Position numbers and translations under genes: made by a program
In this document: positions 37,185 to 48,567 of the stretch, one piece after another
Layout of the letters: each line of letters opens with the position of its first letter
Position numbering within the stretch: the first letter of the stretch is position 1
Notes under the pieces: generated by a model
What the model was told of the DNA's origin: nothing
The model's database searches: none
Seen by the model: the letters and a program-made list of their open reading frames with translations, nothing else
From: Eledone cirrhosa
Taxonomy: Eukaryota
NCBI GenBank assembly: GCA_964016885.1
Contig: OZ024740.1
Span: 242,668,001 to 242,732,000, forward strand
Direction: 5' to 3'
DNA length: 64,000 nucleotides

Positions 37185-38460
37185 GAAGAGCCCAGGAAAT
37201 TTTCCTTGAGCTCATTATATTACAGGGAACAATGCAAGTCCTTTACTCCATTGCTTCATTCGATATATAGATATCATCTGCCTTCCTTTCCCTCTCACCT
37301 ATTACCCCATCACCCTACCTCTCTGGCGACATATTCTCCTTTGCTTCTGCATCCTCTCTTCTGTCCCTGTCACTTTTTCCAAACTCACCTATCACCGTGT
37401 TTAAGCATGCCTGTAATCTCTGCAACATCCTGGCATGTAGTTCCTTCTCTTCTTCTCCTAGGACTCCAACTAGTTCTCATTCTTGTTCTCATCCATGCTG
37501 TAACAACTGTCCCTTCATTTCTAACCCCAGTCTATGCCCTCTAGTGTTCCCTTGGCTGGTCTTTATACATAGGACTAACAGGATGTCGTTTGGCGGACTG
37601 TTTTGCTGAACATTTGAGGAACATACAACTTGTCATTTCCTTTCTCCAGGTCACTCTTCCCAACATGTCTCAGTCCTTGGTGTCCTTTTACATCATGGAT
37701 CACATGCCTCATGCTCCAGGACAGAGAAGAGTCTAATTTTCTGCCTTGGGTCCAGTTTCCCCAATGGACTCAACTCCTCTCTCCAATTTTTTTAATCTTA
37801 CACACAAACACTCATGCTTACTTCTCTATCCCTTGTCACCGTCACATTTACCCCATCCGTTGTCACACACGCGTGCCTACTTTCACAACCTAGCTTCCTA
37901 TGGCTTTGTTGTTGCAAGAAACATATACTCTTACAGTTTATACAGGCCAACAAAATATGCACACACCTCTCTACATTTACCGTCACAGCTCTGTACACAC
38001 ACATACTCCCTTATATACACATACATTTGCTCACAGGTTGATACTTACAAGCACATACACACATACTCTTTTACTTACATATACACACACATATCCTCTT
38101 ATCTTCGTACATATGTATAATAACACTCACATACATGTATATGTACATGCACACGAACAGTTCTATATACAAAATATTTTTTTCCTTTTCAGATAGACGC
38201 ACTCCATCATCACTTTTTCGAAAAATGTATATCATACACAAAACGCCAGCATCAGTAGTTTTCCAAGAGATGGCAACATGAATGGACTTGTAATTTTTCT
38301 CTAAAAATATCTTTTTCAGTTTCCACCCTTCCCATGTCTTCAATCATTCTATTTCTTCTTTAATTTCTCATTCTCTCTTCTGATGAAGGACTAGCGTCCG
38401 AAACGTTGAGACTCTTTTTCTACTATATCTAGCATAAAACTAATGATATATTTCTTCATT
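37185..38460 (+). mobile_element. Decayed Penelope-like element (Neptune-like): RT thumb/linker, GIY-YIG, 3' UTR
   Basis: Frame-hopping translation PFPLTYYPITL..NLCNIL..PCCNNCPFI..LYIGLTGCRLADCFAEHLRNI (37563-37625)..FPNGLN. Confidence 0.75.
38376..38411 (+). ncRNA. Minimal type-I hammerhead ribozyme of the Penelope pLTR
   Basis: TCTT-CTGATGA-A-GGAC-TAGC-GTCC-GAAAC-GTT-GAGA. Confidence 0.8.
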
Positions 38461-40186
38461 GTACTGTGTCATTTGCTTTGTTATATATATATATACACAC
38501 ACAAACATACAAACACACACACACACACGCACACATCCACACACGCACACACATCCACACACATATACAAACATACTCATACACATGCACATGCAGCATG
38601 ATATAAAAGAGACAATGCCCATGCGTTAAACGTTCTTGGTTGTTAACAACATAGCATGATGTGTTTAGGGTTTACTGCAAGCATTACAGTATGACAATTT
38701 GCATAACTTTGCTTGCTTCCATTTTACCTGACTGAAATAATTCCATTACTCTCATATTTTCTAGTTTAGTGTTTAGCAAGTTAAAAAAGCACTTACTCAG
38801 CTGGTGAGAAAAAAAAAACGATACAAAAACACATTCCCTGCATAGAAAACCTGCATGTAAATCACCAAGGTATGTGTGCATGTGTGTGAATGTGTATTTC
38901 TGCATGTGTGTAGGTGTGTATATAGAAAAATTCTGTTAAGAAATAGCTTGGAGAAGGGGAAGCAGTGTTGCATAATGAATATGTGCACCTAAAGCTTCAG
39001 CATGCTTCTGCAGAATGTAGGATCATAAAACCAAAACATAATCTTTACTTCACTCCATTTATAGGCCCAAGTATATTTGTATATTTTTGTATATAGTTGT
39101 ATGTATTAAACCTAGTTTTAATATATACAAATATTGTATTTGATTAATCAAAGTATCATAATAAATTAATTAATAAATTAATTATTTGTGTAATTGTTTA
39201 AATATATGGGTAATAAAACTTATAAAAATATTTGCTTTTTCATGAGACTTTTAGAGAATTCATAAAGATTGTCAAAGAATGAGAAGAGCACTGCTCATGA
39301 CCATTTTAGGGCCTTTAGGGCTGATGAGAGAGAAAGGGGAGGGGTGAAGATGTCCTTAAACCATAAAGTTGATCCAAATGTTTACAAAAGAATGATTTCT
39401 GCTAAATACCTCCAAGAGTCTGATGGTATTAAATGAGGCGGTGGATTAATTAAACCACTGGCTTTTGTAATATACAAATAATGCTTAAAATTCTGGCAAT
39501 CTGAATTATTTGAAATACTGTTGCAAAGAATAGGTAGCAAGCTATTAGGATAAAAACAAAATCATACAAGTGGCATCATTTATGTTATTTATGATTAGGC
39601 ACAAGACAACAGCTAGTAGCGTAATCATCAAATGCACCAAGTCATATTTGACAGATGTTAGCAGTGATGCCAGCTGGCACTTGCATTTTGCTTCCTCCTA
39701 ATATCTCATCTATCTATGTTTACATTTATATTTAGTATATATATATATGTGTGTGTGTGTGTATGTGTGTGTGTGTGTTAAACATATATAGAAAGCTGGC
39801 CAAACAAAGGTTTGGGAGGACGCTTTATTTAGGTCAAGGACATGGCACCCTCCCTAGTGCTGGTGATCTACACAATAAAAGCACTCAGTACATGCAGTAA
39901 AGTGGTTGGTATTATGAAGGGTATCCAACCGTAGAAAGCTTGACAAACAAGGGGTTAGGAGAAACCTTCAGTTGGTCTTAAAAGACATGACAATTTTTCC
40001 TTTGCAATTGATAATAACTGTACATAAGCGGAATACAGACCTTCTCAGCCTGTTCGGATGTCAGTGGCCCACTTCTGTACAGACTTGGTCTATGTAGACC
40101 CATCCAACCCTTGCTAGCAGGGAAAGTGGACATTAAATGATGATGATGATGAGGATGATGATATATATATATATATATATATATAT

Positions 40187-40745
40187 ATCGTTCCTTTGTC
40201 AGTGTTGAACAAAATGGCAACGATGGTTGCCGAACACTGTACGGCTAATAATTTACAAACAAACCGACCATTATAATAAATGTTTGGTAAACCCATACGT
40301 ACATATATATATATATTTTTTTCAATTTTTTTATATATATACATATTCTACTGTACGTCTGTATACATATATGTATGTACGTATACATACTTATATTTAA
40401 GTATCAGCCGTACTAAGAGTGAGAAATGAAATTTCATTTTTTCCATTTATCGTTTTCAGTACGCCCGGCCGACTAACTCACTTAATATGCAAATTAGGCT
40501 GGTCAGCCGTTAATATGCATAAGGAAAGTATATACTTTCAAACGTTCAATCGACTGACAGGAAGGTATACGGTGCTGATGACAGCTAATAAGCTAGAAAC
40601 TAGTTCATCGTTCCTTTGTCAGTGTTGAACAAAATGGCAACGATGGTTGCCGAACACTGTACGGCTAATAATTCGGGCTGTTTGTTTACAAACAAACCAA
40701 ACATTATAATAAATGTTCGGTAAACCCATACGTACATATATATAT
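40187..40745 (+). mobile_element. Retrozyme-like ORF-less element (420-bp unit plus partial second unit) in (TA)n
   Basis: 40187-~40310 is repeated at 40607-~40745; a hammerhead spans the unit junction. Confidence 0.78.
40570..40610 (+). ncRNA. Minimal type-I hammerhead ribozyme, intact core
   Basis: CGGTG-CTGATGA-C-AGCT-AATA-AGCT-A-GAAAC-TA-GTT^CATCG; predicted cleavage after 40605. Confidence 0.88.
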
Positions 40746-40804
40746 GTGTGCATATATGTATGTATATACATACTACTGTACGTATATATATAAGTATACA
40801 TACC

Positions 40805-40887
<83 letters not shown>

Positions 40888-40891
<4 letters not shown>

Positions 40892-41066
40892 ATAATAATA
40901 AATTTGAAGACTAAAATCCAAAGAGGGCTCTATAAAGATAAATATATATCAAATATATAAAAACCGTAGAGCAAATATTTATTAAAATAACAGATTAAAG
41001 TTTAAGCAAAGAATCGTTAACGGTGAACGCAGCGATTCTTTGCTTAAACTTTAATCTGTTATTTTA

Positions 41067-41074
<8 letters not shown>
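40888..41074. mobile_element. Foldback stub of the same Penelope family as 1156-3517
   Basis: 40888-41016 is the reverse complement of ~3389-3517; perfect 42-bp arms 40975-41016 and 41033-41074. Confidence 0.8.
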
Positions 41075-41111
<37 letters not shown>

Positions 41112-41135
41112 AAAAGCGAAGTAGTTTCAGATGTT

Positions 41136-41739
41136 CAAGTCCTTTAATAATAATTGTTTCTACGTTAGGCACAAGGCCAGCAATTACCCAGTGCATTACT
41201 GGTACTTTATTTTATCGACCCCGTAAGGATGAAAGGCAAAGTCAACCTCGGCGGGATTTGAACTCAGATCGTAAAGGGACGTAACTATGCTGGAAAGCAT
41301 GGCGTCCGACCCTCTACCTATACTGCCAATCCACCGCCAAGTCCTTTAATAATAATTGTTTCTACTTTAGGCACAAGGCCAGCAATTACCCAGTGCATTA
41401 CTGGTACTTTATTTTATCGACCCCGTAAGGATGAAAGGCAAAGTCAACCTCGGCGGGATTTGAACTCAGATCTTAAAGGGACGTAACTATGCTGGAAAGC
41501 ATGGCGTCCGACCCTCTACCTATACTGCCAATCCACCGCCAAGTCCTTTAATAATAATTGTTTCTACTTTAGGCACAAGGCCAGCAATTACCCAGTGCAT
41601 TACTGGTACTTTATTTTATCGACCCCGTAAGGATGAAAGGCAAAGTCAACCTCGGCGGGATTTGAACTCAGATCTTAAAGGGACGTAACTATGCTGGAAA
41701 GCATGACGTCCGACCCTCTACCGATACTGCCAATCCACC
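41136..41739 (-). mobile_element. Three tandem SINE A copies, period 202 bp
   Basis: Units begin CAAGTCCTTTAATAATAAT at 41136, 41338 and 41540. Confidence 0.92.
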
Positions 41740-41742
41740 AAT

Positions 41743-41816
41743 GCTGTGATATATATTTCAATGACGACACTGGCCACACTGTTCTGTGTGCGAGTGTCGT
41801 GTCATCATCAGACAGC
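41743..41816 (-). ncRNA. Type-I hammerhead ribozyme with long paired stem II
   Basis: Minus strand: GCTGT-CTGATGA-TGAC..GACACT..CACAC/GTGTG..AGTGTC-GTCA-TT-GAAA-TATATA-TC^ACAGC. Confidence 0.7.
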
Positions 41817-41944
41817 TTGTTACATAATAAGGTTGTTTCCGAGGCAATCCAAATTGAATCGACATGGGAACGGATGAAGTTCGTGCTTTTGGGTTTTTCA
41901 TCCGTTCCCTTGAGTGCTTGAATTGAATTGCATCAATGTTTACC

Positions 41945-41997
<53 letters not shown>

Positions 41998-42075
41998 ATG
42001 TGTATTTATATATATATATATATATATATATGTCTATATATATATATTCCAATACCCGAAATACGATTCTCGCTA

Positions 42076-42113
<38 letters not shown>

Positions 42114-42231
42114 ATATTCTTTTTGAATCATGTTTCATAATAAATTAATTTCTTTCATATATGTATATATATATATATACATACCAGCGGACATACATAC
42201 ATATATATATATATTATATATATATATATAT

Positions 42232-42890
42232 GTAATCACACAGCTCCTTCCCTTTCATAACTTTTTGTATATCCCACTGTGACCCTACCTGCTTTGGTCA
42301 ATCTGTTTCCCTCACACTTTCACATCGACCCTCCCTTCTCTCTTTCCTTCTCCTCCTCACTTTAGGTTGCCCGTGTCTCTCTCTCACTTTCTCCTGTCTA
42401 TGTGAGAGGCAGCACGATTATACCAGCTCTGAGTCGTAGCTGACCCCCAGGCTAAAGTCTCCCAGGTTGGCCACAACTTAATTTCCCTATTTTTCCACGG
42501 TTACTTTTTTTGCATGTTTCTTTCACCTGTGTCTTCCCACGATGGGATCTGTAACTTTTTTTCTTCTATTCCTTTCCTATTTTTCCCCTTCTTCCTCCCC
42601 CCCCCCCCCTGTTCTTCCTCCTTTCCCTCTCTTTCCTTTTCTCTCTCCTTTTTTCTCTCTCTTTCTCTCTCCTTTTCCACCTGGCCTTTTGATTAATAAA
42701 AGGCCTCGGGCTCACCCGAACTACACCGATGTCCTGTAATTCAGCGCCGAAACATCGGTTCGGGATACGTTTACAACTGACGATGGAAACTCCTTTCTTC
42801 CTTTCTCCTCCTGTTCCGTCCTAACCACCATCCTAAACCTTGTTTTTAGTAACCACACAGCTCCTTTCGTTTCATAACTTTTTGTGTATA
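42232..42890. mobile_element. ORF-less terminally redundant element (period 617) between (TA)n tracts
   Basis: GTAA(T/C)CACACAGCTCCTT..TTTCATAACTTTTTGT at 42232 and 42849. Confidence 0.5.
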
Positions 42891-42903
42891 TATATATATA
42901 TTT

Positions 42904-43308
42904 CATCATCATCATCATCATCAACGTTTAACGTCCGTGTTCCACGCTTGCATGGGTTTGGACGGGGGTAGTCCCACTTGAGGCAAGAGTGATTGTCTTG
43001 CTCGCATAGGACTGTCTGGCAGGTTTTCTACAGTTGGATGCCCTTCCTAACACCAACCACATTTACAGTGTGGGTCTGGGAGGTTTTTACCGTGTTGCCT
43101 ACACGGCCACATTACAGCGTGGACTGTGTGTTTTTTTGTCGTGACACCTACACGATCTCATTTGTTTCGGCCCGGATGGCGCGGCACCAACATAACTTTA
43201 CATAGGACGGGGTGGTGTGGATGGGGTGGGGGTGGTGGTGGTGGGACGGGGTGTATTTTGTTAGAGATGCCTACTGGCAAGGCGGGTCTTCTCTGTTACT
43301 GAGTACCG

Positions 43309-43310
<2 letters not shown>
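42904..43310 (-). mobile_element. Short element or LINE fragment with RTE-type 3' UTR
   Basis: (CAT)n tail, GGATGCCCTTCCTAACACCAACC motif; sister copy at 61510-61920 (+). Confidence 0.75.
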
Positions 43311-43349
<39 letters not shown>

Positions 43350-43613
43350 CATCATCATCCTCATCATCTTCATCATCATTTAACATCCATCTTCCACGCT
43401 AACATACGTTAGATGGAATCATCTCATTTAGAGGCAAGTTGGGTTGGGTGACCATGTCTCGCTCATATAGGACAGTTTCTGGCTGGTTTTCTATGGCTGG
43501 ATGCCCTTCCTAATGCCAACCACATTTACAGTGTATGCTGGATGTTTTGTGGTACCAACATAATATATATATACATATATATACATATATACATATGAAT
43601 ATTATGATAATGA

Positions 43614-43689
<76 letters not shown>

Positions 43690-43690
<1 letters not shown>

Positions 43691-44993
43691 TCATCATCAC
43701 CATCGTTTTATGTCTATTTTCCATGCTAGCATAGGTTAGAGGAGTTGTCACCATGTCTTGCTCATACAGAATTGATTCTGGTTTGGTTTCTGCAGCTGGA
43801 TGCCCTTCCTAATGCCAACCTCATTTACAGTGAATACTGTAAATGAGGTTGTTATGAAGCCTACACAACCACCTTACTGTGTCACCATCACGATCACTTT
43901 ACAATGTAGGCTGGGGGCTTTACTGGATGCATTTACTTTGGCCTGTCCTCATGGGGGTGTATTTGAGGGTGGGTTGTGGCATACTGTATAGATGCTTCAG
44001 CTTGTGCCCGTGGGAAATCTGGACTTCTGTATTGCTGTGTATCGGCAGAGATTTTGATCTTGTGTTACCGTCTTTGAGAGGTGCAATTGGGCAAGGTCAG
44101 CTTTTATCACCTCATCCCAAGTCTTCCTGAGTCTCCCCACTCCAAGGCTTCCATCAACTTTGAGTGCTCTATACCTTTTTATGCAGCTGTCATCTTTCAT
44201 AAGCATCATATGTCGATACCAACATAATTTGCTCTCCTGCACACAGCATTTAATTCCTCTTGTGCCTAGTTTCGCTCTCAATTCATTTATGCTTCAACGT
44301 TCTCATATATTACTATTGCACATACATCAGAGCATGCAAGCTTCATTTCATTCCAATCTTCGTAAATCTTCTGCACACAGTGCCAGGTCACACTACCATG
44401 CAACATTGCTGTTTGTATGCACACATCATACAGTCTGCCTTTCATTCTGAGGGAAAAGCCTTTTGTAGCCAGCAGTGGTAGTAGCTCCCTGAACTTCCTC
44501 CACCCCATTCTTTCTCTGGCTACTCTACTTTCAGAACAGCCACCACCACTGCTAATTCGTCACCTAAGTAGCAGAAGCTATCTACTGTTTTTACAGAGCC
44601 CTCCCAGAATTTGGTAGCGCTTGTTTCCTGTGGCTGTTTGCTTCTTTCTGTCCTGGTGCAGCTGCTACATGTAAAGTCTACATTCTTAGCTAAACTTCCG
44701 GAGATCCCACTACATCTCTTGTGTACCCATAGTTTCCATATGGAGCAGAGGATGAAGTTTCTACCTACACCTTTCCTACATACTGAGCAAGGCCATTTCC
44801 CTGAGGGGTTCTGGGCTCTGTTTTCTCTTCTACTTACTAGAACCTTAGTCTTTGTCAGGTTAACTTTAATACCACTTCTTTCTACACCCTGCTTCCATGT
44901 TTGGAATTTTTACTAGCTCTACCATAGATTCAGCTATGAGTGTAACATCATCCGAGTATAGAAGTTCCCATGGGCAGCCAGTCTTAAACTCCT
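43690..44993 (-). mobile_element. Second, older copy of the PHD-bearing RTE LINE (3' part)
   Basis: EEFKTGCPWELLYSDD..WRKFRELLPLLATKGFSLRMKGRLY..; collinear with 10910-12185. Confidence 0.9.
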
Positions 44994-45235
44994 CTATATA
45001 TACATATATATATATACATACATATATATATGCATGCATGTATATGTATATATATTTATATATATATATATATATATGTTGGCATGCTAGTGTATGTATT
45101 TTACGTGTGTGTATGTGAATGTGCATACATATGTGTGAGTGTTAGATATGCATTTATGCCTTTCTTTTATGTATGTCTGTGTATATATATATATATATAT
45201 ACACATATATATATATGTATGTAAATATGTATGTG

Positions 45236-45266
<31 letters not shown>

Positions 45267-45524
45267 ATATATATACATATATATCTTTATTTTTTTCTTT
45301 TTATCTTTTATAATATTTTTTATCTATATTATATTTTTCTTTTTCTATTTATCAGCTATTTATTTTGAAAAATATTTTTTAGTAATGTGCTAGAGTGGTT
45401 TGACGGTACATCTTTGTAGTTGGACAACATTATGGCATCTTTTCAAATGTAAACATATCCTCTGACTGCTGGCTGTTGAGCAGTTTGGTGAGACTTACTA
45501 TGAGATTTTTACTTATAAATAACT

Positions 45525-45567
45525 GATTTTTATAAGTCCCAATAAGGGGACGAAACGTTTGTAAATC
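45525..45567 (+). ncRNA. Decayed hammerhead motif
   Basis: GATT-TTTATAA-GTCCC-AATAAG-GGGAC-GAAAC-GTTT-GTA-AATC; U3/A8 core with G5 lost. Confidence 0.45.
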
Positions 45568-46984
45568 TATATTTAATGAAAAACGTATTTGGTAATTATT
45601 TTAATAAATAATTTGCTTCATGCGTAATTATAGTTTTTAACACAATAGCAACACCAGCCACAGTATTTAATATCCGTTTTCTCTGCTAACAAGGGTTGGA
45701 TGGGTCTGCACAGACTGAGCCAGTACCCAAGCAGAACTACTGACCTCTCAGATGGGCTAGAGACCTGCATTTCAATTACATATGTTCCTGTGCTTCACAG
45801 TGTGTACTGGGTGCATTTATCATGTAGGTCACCAATACTAGGAGTTTGTCATGTCTTTGATACTGCTGAAGTGTCCTTCTAACCTTTTATTCAGCAAAGT
45901 TTCTATGGGTGGTTGCCTTTCCACTGAAGCACTCAGAAAGTTAGTTTGACTAGAACAGCCAAGTAGATATAGAAAAGGGGAAAGAAATTATGTGCTGGTT
46001 ATGCATCTTTGAGTGTGTGTGTGATATGTGTGTGTGACTTTGTGTGTGTGTTTGTGTGTGTTATATTAAATTATACTATATTATACCATATGTTATATTA
46101 TATTATATTTTTAATTTTTTTAGTTTTCTTGAAACTTTATTATGTCAGAATATTAAATAGAAATGTATAAAAACTCCACTTATCTATGCAGAATTGGATG
46201 AAAATATATCTATTCAATATTTCAACAATAACAACTATTCTACAATTAAGAAATGATATAGTTCAATACCAATTTCAAACATTTTCAGCTCAAAGCAAAA
46301 TATTGAATATATTACAATTTTATCCAGTTTTGCATTGTTAAATTGGCTTTTATGAACTTTCAATTTATATGAATTATATATTATTTGACATCTTTAGTTT
46401 TCATTGCTATATTTATAAGAATGATGAAGCATTATCTATCCTGAATTTTGCTGTCAATGGATTTAACATAACAGGAGTGATAGTTCCATTAGTGCTATCT
46501 CACTTCACTATACAAAATGACAAGAATACAGAATATAAACAGCATCCACAGAGCATACTAGAAAACTACATATAAATAAAATGTGACAAGTCATTGATGG
46601 GAAATCGTCAACTCTCTGTGTGTGGGTGTGTGTGTGTGTACGTGTGTATTTATTACAGTCTTCCATTTATTCTAGTTCTTCAGCTGCTTGACTACAGGAA
46701 TTCCTGTATTCTGATGTATTCTGACCTACCTCTTAACCTCTTGACTACCACATACGTTTTACACAGTTACAGTTGCTATGCGGTTTTTTTTTCTTCAGTA
46801 AAATGACTATTTTTTTAAACAAACATTTATTAACAACATATATCTGAATGATTGACAAACGTCACAACAATAAACTAGTAACCCCATCTAGCTTTGAAGT
46901 TATGAACTGTTGGAAACGAGTTCATAATTTTTAAGTTATAACTGTTGGAAAAAAGTTCAAACATGTTAGGACGAGTTATCTTGT

Positions 46985-47200
46985 CTGTGGCACTGAAGAG
47001 GTTAAAGTGGAACATGTAGAAGAATTAGAGAAGACATTTTAGATATGGAAGCAAAATCTGGAATCAAAAGGCCTCAAAGTAAACCGAGCAATGACTAAAA
47101 TTTTAGTAAGTAAGAAATAATACAAGACTTTGCTACTATCATAGAAATTGTTGTGTTTAATATGCAGAAAAAGGATAGGCAGAAACTCCAAACAGTGTAC
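46985..47200 (+). mobile_element. Ancient fragment of a PHD-RTE relative
   Basis: VEELEKTF.IWKQNLESKGLKVN..TKILV similar to 10980-11150. Confidence 0.6.
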
Positions 47201-47829
47201 TCTAAGCTATGTAAACTTAATTTCAACTTTATATTCTCTTACTTAATATTGTTCTTTGTTATTCCATTTTCCTGTCTTTCCAGGCCTGTATTTGAGTTTT
47301 TATGGCTCTATATAGAGTCCAATTCCATCATCAAGTCACCTTTTATCTGGTTTGTACTTTGCTTAAACCACAAATCTCGTCTGTGGTTACACTTATCTTC
47401 TATTTCTGTAATATTTATCTCCTACACCTTCTTGACATATGCATCACATCAGTCATCTCTGAACCTATATTTATATTTGTCCATGCAAGAATACTTCAAT
47501 TACTGCATATTTCAACACTGCAGTTCTTAATTTTTATCTAGATGGTATTTTACCATCAAAATTCGAATACTGCATATAAGAAATTGATTTACTGCAGTAT
47601 TTAGTATGTATCCCTGTTTGTAAATTCCAAAGAAAATGAAACAAAATATTTTCTGGTTGACTAGACAAATATAGAAAACAACCATAATATTATGGCTATA
47701 TGGGAAAGTGCAAATACAGATGACAGTGCAACAGCCAGATATCCAGTCATAACCATCCTGTTGTTGTTTTTTTGCTGTAGTATATTTTTCTAAGGCCTAA
47801 TTAATACTGTATATTCATTAACTTCTGTG

Positions 47830-47988
47830 ATTATCCCAGTGTATTACAGGTACTCTATTTTATCGACCCCGTAAGGTTGAAAGGCAAAGTTAACCTCGGC
47901 CGGATTTGGACTCAGACCATAAAGGGCTGTAACTCTTTGCTGCAAAGCATGGCGTCTGACCCTCTACTGATACTGCCAATCCACCGCC
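47830..47988 (-). mobile_element. SINE A copy
   Basis: Head and core match family A. Confidence 0.85.
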
Positions 47989-48506
47989 CTGAATACTCAA
48001 ATAATGGCATAAAGTTCCTCTCCATGCCTACAATGCTACACTGCAAGCCATACTGCATATTATAATGTGCAGTGTGCTATTTAGCTTATCAGAGGCATGA
48101 TTATATCTGGATGGTATCAAGTCATTTAACTTATATACCTTAGTTCTGCTCAATCAAAGACAGGTGCTGTACAGCAAGAAGTTTAGCAGTGGGTTTGGAG
48201 ACACATTTGTAAGTTGTGTGGATGGTATTACAATATCATAATTTGGACATGTTACCTCAAGTCAGCCTTTTTTATGTGAAATTCCTTATGAAACACAAAT
48301 ATTTTTGTGGGTGGTGTGAAGTTTAAAGAAATGGATAATAATGAATGGCTCAGACATACTTGAAAAGTGACTGATGGAAGTGAAGGATTAATAAGACAAA
48401 TATTTCTGATATTTTATATATTTCAATAATCTGGGTTATTATGAAAGGGAGAAAAGAAGAAAAAGAGAGATGAAAAAACATAAAATAAAGAAAGGAAAAG
48501 AGCAGG

Positions 48507-48567
<61 letters not shown>

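Noticed and set aside
39300-39720. Non-repetitive stretch that could be regulatory
   Set aside because: No ORF, motif cluster or structure supportable without cross-species alignment.
41136-41739. CRISPR-like or satellite array
   Set aside because: Units are whole SINEs with no unique spacers; eukaryotic context with no cas genes.
42714-42790. Hammerhead reading of GAAAC and CTGACGA
   Set aside because: No type I, II or III arrangement gives all three stems.
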